Below are positions 13,290-27,000 of a DNA stretch of 64,000 bases, piece after piece. Made by a program: the position numbers and the translations under genes. Position 1 is the stretch's first letter, and every line of letters begins with the position of its first letter. Origin of the DNA: Octopus vulgaris. Taxonomy: Eukaryota. The notes under the pieces were generated by a model. It made no database searches, was not told the DNA's origin, and saw nothing but the letters and a program-made list of their open reading frames with translations. The DNA is taken from the NCBI GenBank assembly GCA_951406725.2, contig OX597818.1, forward strand, positions 16,926,001 to 16,990,000. The letters run 5' to 3'.

Positions 13290-14982
13290 TCTCATTTACA
13301 GAGGAAATGTGACCAGTATTGGCCGAATGAAGGGACAGAGGACTATGGTGTGATGTCAGTGAGGTTACTGAGTACATTTGCACGTGCTCACTACACAGTC
13401 AGAATATTTTCCCTCAGGAATACAAAGAAAAGAAAGGTACCTTATTGATCACATGCCTGTCTCACAGAACCATAGCAGTAAAGTGCATTTTCTACACAGC
13501 TCAACTCTCTTGTGTACCTTCAACTCTTTAACTACCCCTAATTCACTAGCTGAAATCCAGTTCTATACCTGCCCCAAATCCTACCTTGCACCATAATCTA
13601 CATAAGCATAAATTCCTCAAGTCATTATTACCCCCAACTCCCCACTGCTGCTCCCACTCGCCACTACCCCCCCCCAACTCCCCACTACCCCCACTTCTAC
13701 TGCCTCCAACTCCCCACTACTCCCACTCCCCACCGCCCCCAACTCCACATCGACCCTCAAACTACTCCATCTACCCCCTAGTCTCCACCTACCCCTGGCT
13801 CTTCACCTATGCTCGGGTTTTCTACTGACTTCTTTCAACTCTAACATACCAGAACTTGCAACATAACTTCAACTTTATACCTACCAATCAACTCCTTACC
13901 TTCCCTCCACTCTCTATATAGTGTCTACATTGCCCTAATTCTCTATATACACCCAACTCATTACATGTCCAACAACTCTTCCAAGAAAATCCACAATTCT
14001 TTCATGTACAAGAATTACACTTAATAGATATTTTCCTCACTCATGACATGCAATAAAGTCACTCATATATACAATATACATTTAAGTTTATCGAAAGACA
14101 TAACATTGTATCATATACTAAGGTCACGCACTCTATAGCTTTGTCATATATACATTGTGTGTAACATACTACTCAGTAGTTGTTATACTACGCCTATTCT
14201 TTAGCACAATACCCAAAGTGTTAACTCATTAAAAACAGCTGCAAGGTATGCTTACCAAATACTGTATTAAGTATATAAATGCACAAATGATAGTATTTGG
14301 TTTCAAGGACTGTAATATGTAGTGCTTTGCTGTACTTAAAAAGCCCCACCCACACAACAGAACTGAGATCCTAAAACCAAGGTGCCACATAAAATGCACC
14401 TGTGATGGTGCCATATAAAAAACAGCCAGTACAGTGTGTGCAGTGGTTGGCATTAGAAAAGGCAACCAGCTGTAGAAATTAAGCCAAAACAGCCTTGTGA
14501 ATTCCTGTCAAGCCATCCAACCCATTCCAGCATGGAAAACGGGTGTTAAACGCTGATGATTATGATGAAATGAATCTTTAAAAACTTATGGTGTTTATTT
14601 TTGATATGTCTGTGTACTGTTTGTTGATCCTCATAATACAGCAATATATATATATATAGATGTTGTAATTCTTTTCCTTGATTTGGCCTATTAAATGCAA
14701 CATATATCTTTTAGTATATAGATTTATAAGCTTCTTTTTCAATAGTTAAGGTAATGAAAAAATTCCCTAAGGTACATTGATTTGACTAATCACAGCTGGT
14801 CTTGATCACGATTCTTGCCAGGTTCTGACTCTGAATTCATTTTAGTGATCAATATTTATAGATTATTTTTAAATTACAAAATAATAATAAACAGGCATAA
14901 AATAAAGATAAAATAGAGCTAGGCTCCTGACTAAATAGGGATGCAGGCCAGATGTCTTTCATGGAACATATGTTTGATGTTG

Positions 14983-15019
<37 letters not shown>

Positions 15020-18000
15020 TGGACAATGTGATCATGCATAATGTATGATATTGGCATACATATCTAGCACTGTGATGTACACACCATCTAGAAGTGTCAT
15101 AAAAATTACCTTGCACACTGTTGAACATTTTCATATGGTTAATACAGTGATGGCATATATTCCATACAATGATGTCATGTAAATTAATGTTGCCATACAG
15201 ACCATATAAAGATGACATAATACCATTTAAGAATGTCATTCACACCTTACTATTTTGCCCCACACATAGGGTATCACATGTTATATAATATGTATATGAT
15301 AAGTATACCATATTAATATGTGATATAATATGTGTATCATATTGATCCAGCTGTAGAAACTCTGCCAGATCAAGATTGGAGCCTGGTACAACCATCTGGT
15401 TTGCCAGCCCTCAGTCAAAATCGTCCAACCCATGCTAGCATGGAAAGCAGACGTTAAACGATGATGATGATGATGATGATTTAGATACCACTATGACCAA
15501 CAGTTATATTTTGAAGCATGGGCCAGTCAGTAGCATGATCAAATTATTAACAAACACCATACATTTGCCATACATCATCATCATCATTGTTCGACCGTGG
15601 TCGAGACAATGGAATTTACTATGCTACTCCAGGCTTCACGGTCCATCATGACATTACGGAGGTCCTGTTGCTGGATGCCTGTATCCCTGGAGATTACATC
15701 AGGGTAGGAGAGTGTGTGCCCTCTGGCATTGCGAGTAGATGGCTTCCAGAGGAGGAGAGTAGAAATTACCTCTTTTTCAGCTCTACAGCAATGTCCAGCA
15801 AACTGGACTCTCCTACCTTTCACAAGAAATGACACAGGTGGTAGTTTCCCACATATTTGCATTTTGGTTGGATGGCGCCTCCACGAGAGATTTTAAGCTC
15901 TCATAAGGAGGTGAGTGTAGGTTCCATCCAACTGCCTCTCAAGCTTCTTTGATAATGTCCAGGTTTCTGAGCCATATTGTAGAATTGGTTTGACTGTGGC
16001 TTTGAAGATTTCAAGTTTGAAGTCTCTACTTAGATTTGATGACCAGATCGTATGCCATACATACCATATACCAACATCATTATTACACACCATACATTGT
16101 ATAGATAAATGCTTTACCTGTGTCTTCTCTAAACAGAAACACTCCGCTGAGCGTGTGGTTTACCAATACCACTACACTGAATGGCCTGATCATGGTGTTC
16201 CTGATTATACGTTGCCTGTCCTTACTTTTGTGCGGAAGTCTGCTGCAGCCAACCCCCCAGGTGCTGGACCTATCGTTGTACACTGCAGGTGAGTAAAAGT
16301 CAACAATGGAGTTACTTTTTACTATTTGCCATTCTTATACATAAACACACCTTCCGGTTTAAGTTCACTAAGCATTTTCTTTTATCTGCTTTTGATAATA
16401 ATAATAATTATAATTTGAATTTTGAAATTCATTAATTTTGTTCTTCATAAGTTCTTGCATAATAAAAATTTTTGAATCAGTTCCAGTATTTTACACATAT
16501 TCTTTGCTTTATGGAAACTTTGCCTGCTTGGAAATCATAGAATAATGTGGAGTTCTCTAAAGTGAAACTCATTCTTCCGTTATTTTGGGTTACTTAGAAG
16601 TCAAAGAATAAAATTTGTTTCATGATATGGAACACCAGACTTAGAACAAATAAATGAAGATATATATGAATAAAATGGAAGTTGTGATCAGATGTTTGAT
16701 ATTCAGCATATTTTGACGGTGCTACTGATTGCTTTGTATTTCAGTGCTGGTGTTGGGCGTACCGGTACCTATATATTAATTGATAGTATGATGCAGCAGA
16801 TAAAGGAGAAAGGGTCAGTGAATGTCGCTGGCTTTCTCTTACATATTCGACAACAGAGAAACTTTCTGGTCCAAACTGAGGTAAGTCGAACACATTACTT
16901 ACTTTATCTTGTTACTTTATGCATGCTAAGTTACATAGAACAGGTAGAAATTGGGAAGAGGTGTTTGTCTGTTAGTGTACTGAATGAACAAGTGTCTTAG
17001 TGTATAGAAGAACGGATACCTGTATGTATGTGAGGATGTTGCTTATTCACCGATCACCCCAAATGAAGCTGATTTCTATCCTACCAAGGTGCTATTGTCT
17101 CCTTTTTCCTACTCTCTGCCTTTTCAAGCACTACTAACGTGACTACTACCACTCACTGGTCTTGTGCCACTTCTCCTCAGGTGCTCGAGACTCACTTGTC
17201 TCTCCTTCTCTCCAATCGTCCCTGTACAACTAATAATAGGACTTCCTTCTGAACATTGGTTTTCTGTAATTTCCTCTTTGCCCATGTTTTCCCTGATTTG
17301 TAGCTGTTTAAAAGGAACATGAACTACCATGATCTCACCAGTCTCAGAGGTAATGTGATGGCCCTGAACAAACCTAGGAAGAAGTGGAATGAGGTAGTGA
17401 AGCATGATGTTTGAACGTTGGGCCTCACAGAGCCAATGACAAGTGACCAAGACCTTCGGTGATATGCCATGCTTGAGAAGGCTTACCAAACCAAGTGAAA
17501 TCATAGTCATGGCTAATGCTGGTGTTATGTGACTGGCACTCATGTTGGTGGCACATAAAAGCACCCATGCCAGTGGCACGTAAAAGCACCCACTACACTC
17601 TTGGAGTGATTGGTGTTAGGAAGGGCATCCATCCATAGAAACCATACTAAATCAAACTGTAACCTGGTGCAGATCTCCAGTTTACTAGTTTCAGTCAAAC
17701 TATCTAATCCATGCCAATATGGAAAGCAGACACTAAATGACGATATGATGATGATATTAAAAAAATCTATGTGTGTAGGGTGAATAGATGTATGTGTATG
17801 TTGATGTGTAAGGTAAACAGATGTAATTTCAAAGAGATGTAAGTCTTTTAGAAGATGCATACATGTGAATTAGTATTTGCAGTAGAACAGTTGTTGCTAA
17901 AACATATGTGAATATGTTGGTTTGTAGCAGAACAAATATAAAAGTTTACCAAACCTAAATGAATTAAAACCAAAGCACTATTCCATGAAGAATACTGTTA

Positions 18001-21000
18001 CAAAATGTTGTTTTGCTGTGTTGTAGGACCAGTATATGTTTATTCATGATGTTCTCGTGGAATACATTCTTGGTGGTGGAGATACAGAAATACAAGATGC
18101 TAAGATAATGAAATATTTTGAAGATTTAGAAAAACCAAATGCAAACGGAGAGAACCACCTTGAAAGACAATTCCTGGTAAGTATATTGATATTACTTTCT
18201 GATGATTTGGTACCAATTTCTCTGTTAGAGCTTTTGTAATAAGTGTGATGTGTTGTGCAGTAGTGGTTGCCCAGCAACTATAAATATGGTGAATATAGTC
18301 TTGGGTGCTCTATTAAATTCCAATCCAAGACAACATGGTGAAAATAAAGGGTAAAAGGGACAACAATAATTATGATCATGTTAATAATTATCTCTCACAT
18401 AAATACAAAACCAGAAATTTGGGAGCATTAACTTTCTTAGTTTATTTTGCCAACCCCAGAGAAGTAAACAGTAATCTTGATTTTGGCCTATAAACACAGA
18501 AGGCAAGGCATCTTGCCTGACATTTTTATGATTCTACCAATCCAACAATAATACAATCAAAATGTCTAAGTGTGACTTACTATATAAACCAAATTTTAAC
18601 ACTGGCAGTGCTCCAGCATAGCCACAGCCTTTAGGCTGAAACATATGCAGTAATCCCTTGACTGTTGCAGGTGTTATATTCCAAAACACCCAGTGACATG
18701 TGAAAATCTCCGAAGTAGAAACAGTACTGTATAATTTTTTCAAATTATTTTTATAATTTGTATATATTTATTTTATTATGAATGCAAAACACCACCACCC
18801 ACTCACCTCCAGTTTCATTTTCCATACAGTCTGTGTGATTCTTTGTTTACTCATACTCATCTACAGTATGTTATGTATTTTCTTTTAATACATTTTAATT
18901 GTGTTATACAGTGCAGTACTGTACTGTATTTTTATTTATTAATGTTTAGGTGTGAAAATGCTTATTTTACCACAGAAATAATTAAAATCTAAAAAAATAT
19001 TAATCATAAATACCTGTCAGCCACAGAAACCTGCAATATACTGAGGCGTCTGCAATATAGATTTATATATATTAGCCAGAAAAATCCACAATGTACTGAA
19101 AGTATGATAGTTGTACCGTGTTATGGTGAGTGAATACTTTAAAAGAAATATATAGGTGTTAGGAAGAGCATCCAGCTATAAAAACCCTGCCAAAACAGAT
19201 AGTGAAACATGTTGCAGTCTTCTGCCTAACCAGCTCCTGTCAAACCATCTAACCCATGCCTGCTTGGAAAGCAGATGTTATATACATGCATACATATATA
19301 TATATATATAACAAAGTGAAATTGTAAGGTACTGCACGAGTGGAAATATATATGAAAGAAGGTTTGAAAATGCAATCCCAAAGATGTCCATTCACCTGAC
19401 TAGCTTCACCCCGAAGAATAAGTCCTGGGGGCGATTTGTTCGACTAAAGGTGGTGCTCCAGCATGGCCACAGTCAAATAACACCACCTCTGAGTAATGAA
19501 ATTAGGGACTACTGAACCATTTTCATATTCTTCCATAAATGAAGAGATACTAAAGAGGACTTCCAACTCAAAACAAAAAGAATTTGCTAAACTGTTCAAA
19601 CAAATCGACCCCAGGACTTATTCTTAGGGGTGAAGCCGGTCAGGTGAATGGACATCTTTGGGATTGCATTTTCAAACCTTCTTTCATATATATATATATA
19701 TATATACTATCTAGATTATCTAAACTCTGTATTGATCATATGTCACTGATTGGTGTAATACTTAAATTTCCTGCTGACTTGTATTTAATTGTGTATTATT
19801 TTAAACTGAATTTAATTGTATATCATTTCATAAGCTGTTACCTTCACATCCAAACTGTCTTGCAATTGATGTATTATTCTAATCCCACATATACTGTACA
19901 TTCATAAGCTTCAAGAAAGCTTTTTCAGTTCCTGGCAATATCATTTCAGTTAATTCACTCTTTACCCCATTTTCTCTTGTGTCAGTGGATGCGTCTCACT
20001 CGTAATGTCTTCTATACTTTCCTTAGAATGTGATACTAGTGAAGCCATAGACCCAGTCTTCAACAATGGGATTGTATTATTTTTTTTATGATGTCTTAAA
20101 TAATTTTGTATTCAAAATAGTTTTGTCTTAACTATCTTACCAAGTTCTCTGTTTTAAAGCTCAACCTCTTCTAAATGTTCACCTAGACAATTCAGGTTTC
20201 AACTGTCAAGGTATTGGTCACTCTCCAACAAATTTATAGTTGAGCCTGTGGCAGTGGAGACCTCTGGCATTCTTGGCCTCCAGACCATATCATATCCGCT
20301 CACCACTGTTGAGGTGGAGATGGCTATCCACAAATGCAAGCCCCATGAATCAGTGGCTGTTCCAGTGCATCTCCCTTGCCATCCTCTGGGACAACTCCTT
20401 TTCCATTTTCTCTGCTGGGGCCATGAGGAAATTGTATATTCCACTTCTTAAATACTTAGATCCATGCAATAGTTTATTATTTTAATTCTATCAGGTTATG
20501 AAATTTTGTTTTTCTTTTAAAAACAGTAGTTCCTTGATAACTCGTTAATTTCCTAAATCTTTAATTTCAGTTGTCAACGTGCCGTAGACCCAAAGAACAT
20601 GAGTACTCTCAGGCTGTAAAACCTGTAAATGTACCAAAGAATCGTATTCAAGAGATGCTACCTATCGATATGAAAAGGGTTCTTTTGCCTGTAAAACCTG
20701 GCGTGGACGGCTCGGATTACATTAATGCTTCATACCTGCAGGTAAGTACACCAAAACAGATTCATCATTGGTTCTTTTAATGTTTTTATTTTGGTGGGTG
20801 GAGTTCTCATTTCCCCTAACCCAGCTCCATATTGTCAAGTTTTAAACTGGTGTAGCTAATGGAGCCATTGTCATGGTTTTTTTAAAATCCACCCCCACCT
20901 ACATCTTCAGTTTCTAGTCTTTAATGTCTGTCTCACATGCTGGATTGTTGATTTGTAATAATTATCCCCCCCACCTCTCTTTCTTCCATTCTTGCTTCTT

Positions 21001-24000
21001 CCAGTTTTGCTTCTTCCATTCTTGCCTTCCATTCTTTCATGCTTGCCTCCATTCTTGCATGGATTACATGGTTATACCATCTGAACATATGTTTTGCTAT
21101 AAACAACTACTGAATTTATGCTAACATTTAATCATTTTAATGGCACGTAAAAAGCACCATCCGATCGAGGCCGTTGCCAGCCCCGTCTGGCACGTAAAAA
21201 GCACCATCCGATCGAGGCCGTTGCCAGCCTCGCCTGGCCCCCGTGCTGGTGGCACGTAAAAAGCACCATTCAACCGTGGCCGTTTGCCAACTCCGTCTGG
21301 CACGTAAAAAGCACCCACTACACTCACTGAGTGGTTGGCGTTAGGAAGGGCATCCAGCCGTAGAAGCATTGCCAGATCAGACTGGGCCTGGTGCAGCCTT
21401 CTGGCTTCCCAGACCCCAGTTGAACCATCCAACCCGTGCTATCATGGAAAGCAGACGCTAAATAATGATGATGATGATGTTCCTTAGACTCATCTGACCA
21501 ATGGGCACCTTGAGAACTGGAGCTTTACTTTTGGTTTATGATGTGAAACTGGCACTTCATTGCTTACGAAAATGAGGGTTCCTGTTGATCCAATCAATGG
21601 AACAGCCTACTTGTGAAATTAACATGCAAGTGGATGAGCACTCCACAAACATGCATACCCTTAATGTAGTTCTTAAGAAGATTCAGCATGACAGAGTGTG
21701 ATAAGGCTGACCCTTTGAAATACTAGTACTACTTATTTTTGTCAGCTGAGTAGGCTTGGAGCAATGTGAAATAAAGTGTCTTGTTCAAGGAAAGATAAAT
21801 TTTACCCTAATTAGGGCATCAGTCTAATACCAGTGAAACTCCTAGACAATCTAGTACCTGTTCTCAGCAGCTAAGTGAATTTAAATAGAATAAAGTATTC
21901 TACCACGAAACACACCCAGTGAGCAGCAATAGACACAAACAAATCAGTCCTATAATCGCCTGCTCAAAATCCAACTTTCTAACTAAAGATTATCTCTGAA
22001 ACAACAGCAGTCCTATGCATAGTGTTCACTTCCTCAATAGATTATTGAAGAATGTCAGGCTGTGCTCAACATGGAAACCTTTAAAATCCTTTTGGTACCA
22101 ACCTGCCTGAGATCATCTCTCATTCTGTGATACAAACTTCCTGACTTAGTCATTTGAATTAAAACCTTCCATTAAAACTCCATGTTAATTTGTGTTCCAA
22201 ACACTTATTTAATAAAGACAGTCATTTCATTAAAGTCTTCATTTACAATATTGATTGAAACAGAAGCTCTGTTTCTTAACAGAAATATGGTAACAAAAAA
22301 TTAAGTCATTGACTGGAAGTAGTCAATCCACAGTTATAGCAACCTAGAATGGAGTTAGCTAAATTTTAATTGTTCAAGCCCATTGTGGAGCTCACTAGCA
22401 ACAGATGCAGCAAGTTCTAAAATGTACAACTGAAGAAGCCACAAAATAGCAGCTGAAGTACAACCACACCCATACCACCTGGCTTCACATTGCCTAGGTC
22501 AGTGTCACAAGGGAAATTACTTGCATCATCATGTATGTTCATACACAACTGCAAATGTAAAATGAAACCAACTCCATTCATGAAATTTAATACAAAATTC
22601 ATGCAATTTAGAAAATTTGCTACCAACAGAAAACCAAGAGATGATGATGGAAGGACCTCAGTTTTTGATTTCTTGGGTTGTGCTTTGAGGCTACTGATTT
22701 TAAATAATCCTACAAGGTAGCTAGCCATCACCAGACCATCCTATGATCATTCAGGAAGAAGAAACAATGTGCACATTAACACCACTGTACTCTAGTTTTT
22801 CATCTTTGCTAAGGGACTATTGCAGTTGAATATACTCTAGGAATCACCAACACATCCAAATTGCAATGGCACTCCACATAATGACTCACTGCCCTTTCAC
22901 TGCTCATCGAATTTTACTAGCCTAAACGTGGGGGATCTATGGAGCAACCCCCACCCCACCCCAAGAAAGTGGACAAGTGACTACAATTCAAATTGCAGCT
23001 TTTGAGTTTCTGTTAGAGCAATCACTTGGTAAACAGAGAAACTGTATGGAAGTCAATTGTTTGTGTGGGGGTTATGTTCACGCATTTTAACACTAACATC
23101 ATTTAGCTACAAATGTCAATATTTGTCGTACATGAACAGTTTAACAGTTTATGTGGAGTCATGGAATAAAAGACGTTAGTTGAAAAACACAAGGGTTGGT
23201 TTCAGGAAAGGCATTCAGCCATAAAATATTGCCTTAACAAGTTTCATCCAACCTATGTGAGCATGGAGAAAACAATTATAGTGGTGGTGGTGGTGGTTGA
23301 CTTAAGAACATTCTTATATTTGGAATCTAGAAAGTTTTCCAGTGTACAAGACTTTTTTGAGCCTACTAGCTGAGGTGCCTGGTAAAAATTTACTGTTTTA
23401 AAATCTATATTAATGGGTAGGACCAATTTGATGAAAAAAATGAGCAGAGTATAGTAGCAAACCTGTGTCATTGTCATTTTTGTGCATATGCATAAAATGG
23501 CAAAATTTTACACTTTGGGCAGATTTTGTCAAATTGATGTCAAGATGGCTAGTGTGCAAAGTACCAAAATTATGCTTGAGAAATAAAATGCTCTTACCTA
23601 ATCAAAACCTGAAACGCTGGGGAATTTATAAAACAATGAATTGAAATAATAAGTTTTAGCAAATCAAAACAATCTGCATTGAAATGAAGAATTAGCAAAT
23701 GCTAAATAAATTACCATTAATAAGCTGTCTGTTTATACCCATGAAACATTTTTCCTCAAATTTTAGCATTTTTTGTCAAATTAATGTCAAGATGGCTAGT
23801 GCGAAAAATGCCAAAATTAGTGCTGATTAAAATCGATTTTTTAAAAATTCCAAGTGCATAAGTGACTGTATGGACATAAGTCCCACACATGTCAAGTTTC
23901 TTAAAGTTCTGTCGGATAGTCTTGGAGGAGTTAAAGTAGCAAATTCACAAACCCATAAACTTGCCATTTATTATTATAGATTACTAACCAGAATGTTTTG

Positions 24001-27000
24001 GGTAAACAGAGTTATTTTAGCATACAACACGTTTGCTGTAGTAGGGTTTAAGTTACTGAACTATCATCCGTGATGTAATCAACATTCCAGTACCTTTAAC
24101 CTCTTAGGTATTTCTGACTGTGATATGGTAATTATATTATATAATTTCTTTATTCCAGGGTTATAATCGTACAGACGAGTTCATTATAACACAGCACCCA
24201 TTGGAATCAACTGTTGAAGACTTCTGGAGAATGGTCTGGGACCAAAACAGTGCTGCGATTGTGTTGCTTACAAAAATGGATAATGATGTAAGTAATCTGC
24301 TTTAATAAACAAGCAAAATTTGGTTAATAATAAAGATCTCTTTTGCCAAGACACTAAGTCTCTAGCTGATTACAAATGCCACAATGTCTTACTGCTCCTT
24401 ATATTACTGACCCTGGCAGTATGAAAGTCCATTTTAGCTGTTGTATCACACTACAGTTTGTGTTAAATTTCCTGCTCAAAGCTCCACCAAGAAGTAAGCA
24501 GTGATGGTGGATTGGTCAAAACAAATAGATGAATTAGTGCAAATAGGAAGAGTTATTCTCCCTTGCCTTTGATTTAACTAAAGTTTTATGTGTTATAACT
24601 TCAGTGGATACAAGCTAAATGGTTAAGAAATTTGCCTCCCAATCACAAGGTTTCAGATTCGATCCCACTGCATGGCCCCTTGAACATAGAATCTTTTACC
24701 AAAGCCTGTGGGTGATCCAAACCTGTGAGTGAAATTGGGTAGATGGAAATTCTGTTGAACCCCATTGGATGGGCTGTTCCTCTTATTCAAAAGTTCAGCT
24801 TTGTCTCCTACTGTGTCATACTGATTCTCCGTTAAATTATGTTACGAATACATATGGTAATCAGTCGTTTTTGCATACTAATTTCATGATTAGATCATTC
24901 CATGTATCAAACAAATGGAATATTCATCATCAAAATTGATCTCACAAACATTTTATTTCCCATGTTTTGAAGTAAATATCGATATAAATTATACACAAAG
25001 TATTTGAACTCCAATACTAGTGAGAGATAAACTAAATACTATGAGGCATTTAGTCTAGTGCTTTACTATTTCTGTTGAAATGCAACTTAGTGTATTAACC
25101 TTTAAGCATTCAAGCAAGCCCTATTCCAACAAAAATATTCTGCTAGTTTAATGTCCAAACCGGCCAGATCTGACCTTTAACACCTACTCTACAAAGCCAT
25201 TCTAAAATTAAACAATTGCATCACCAAAATCTTATGGCTTTGATATAACGCATGATTTATTCAGAACAATGTGAATAAATAAGCATTACTTTTGACAGTA
25301 ATCTGAATACTAAAGGGTTAAACTGTAATGATATACTTGTCTGTCAAATGAATATTAGTTATTATTGTTTCATTGAACAGGACTGTAAAGAATTTTGGCC
25401 TGAAAAAGGCGATTCCATCCAAGTGGATGCTGGCAACTTTAAATTGTTCCACCGAGAGGAGGACACCAGCTTGGATCCTGTTACACATGACTTTATCATG
25501 GAATCAACACAGGTAAGAGATACCTATCACTATAGATTCTACTGTTGCTGCATAACTCTATGTATGAAATAAAAGCAAATGAAAGCACAGTATATATATA
25601 TATATGAACATAATTTTATCACTAACCCTTAACCCAAATGGTAAACCTTAACTCTAATGCTAACCCTTTTCCTAAATGTCAAGCCTTAACTGCAATGCTG
25701 AATTTTAGCCCCTCTGTTAACTTGAACTCATGTTTTTTGAGGAGTATCTGTTATTTCATTGTACAACATTGCATTCTTTCAGGATGATTATGTCTTGATG
25801 AGTCGAATTATTGCCACAACAGAGTGGCCTGATGAGTGCCAACCACTGTATACAGCTTTTGAGTTTATTGAGACTTGTAGGAAGTGGTATCAACAATATA
25901 ACAGTGGTCCCATCATAGTAATAGACAGGTGAGTTCTATTTCTTATTTGTTACTTCGTTCCTTCACCAATAACCCCACTTTTCTTTCATGGCGTTTGGCG
26001 ACGGACTTGGTAAACACCCACAAAGTTATCAACCACCTCACCAACAACAACACTGAACACCTTTTTGATCTCCATGTGTCTAACACACGTGGACACAATT
26101 ATTATTATTATTATTATTATTATATCTTGGACAGAAACTTCTTTCTTATGCTACTCTTCATGAGTATTAGTGTTTTAACAAGTCTTAGTATTTGTTTGAA
26201 CTTTGTGAGCATGTGAAGGTTTGATTTAAAAACATATCTGAATTTATAATATATAAGCCGTTTTCTTCCCTAGCACATTGTTTCAGGTTCACCTCCTCTG
26301 TGTGACACTTTGGGCAAACGTCTTCTACTATAATCTCTGGCCAAGCAAAGTCTTGTGAATGAACTTGGTAGACGGAAATTCTGTCTTGTGTATGTGAAAA
26401 TGTTGTATCTGTTTTTATAGATAGATAGGATGGAATGTATTATAAGTTTGTGTGTACTGCTGTCGACTTGACTTTGAGATTTATTCTGGGAAAACATTTG
26501 CTGGAACGTTTGAAAAATGAAGTTACATGTAGGAATTTCAATAATTAAAAGAAACTAACAGGTTGTATTTGAATATCATTGTACAGATGTGTTTTATAGA
26601 ATTGCTTGAAGAATATCTTTGAGGGTTTATGTAACTCAAGCATTCATCATACCCTTTAGGAATATATATTTTGCCTAGTGTGTTGAAGTAGCACCATGGA
26701 AGAATATGGCTTTAATTGTATCAAAACCTGTTAAATGCCATCAGCTATCTATTTAAAGCTGTATATGACTGTGGTATGTCTACACTTAGGGTTTGCATCA
26801 CCAGTCTGTTTAGCTTGTTAATCTCCTGGAAATTGTTTAGAAATGTGCAACCCGATGAATACCCACTATACTCTGAGCATCTTGTTTCCCTGGGCATAGA
26901 CACATTAAAGTTCTGACATCTGGCAACTGACTTGGTGGATACCCACAAGATTCTCCATCTTTCCAACAACCTTGGGCACTTTTGTGAATTCCATATGTCT

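Noticed and set aside
13586-13828. Proline-rich ORF
   Set aside because: Translation of a C-rich low-complexity intronic repeat.
17124-17860. 151-aa and 106-aa minus-strand ORFs
   Set aside because: Overlap family C repeat sequence; no recognisable domain or splice structure.
19900-20450. Possible decayed RTE fragment on the minus strand (MGLAFVD-like motif)
   Set aside because: Too degenerate to support by eye.
21140-21320. CRISPR-like repeat-spacer appearance
   Set aside because: Eukaryotic context, spacers similar to each other, no cas genes; these are internal subrepeats of a retroposon.
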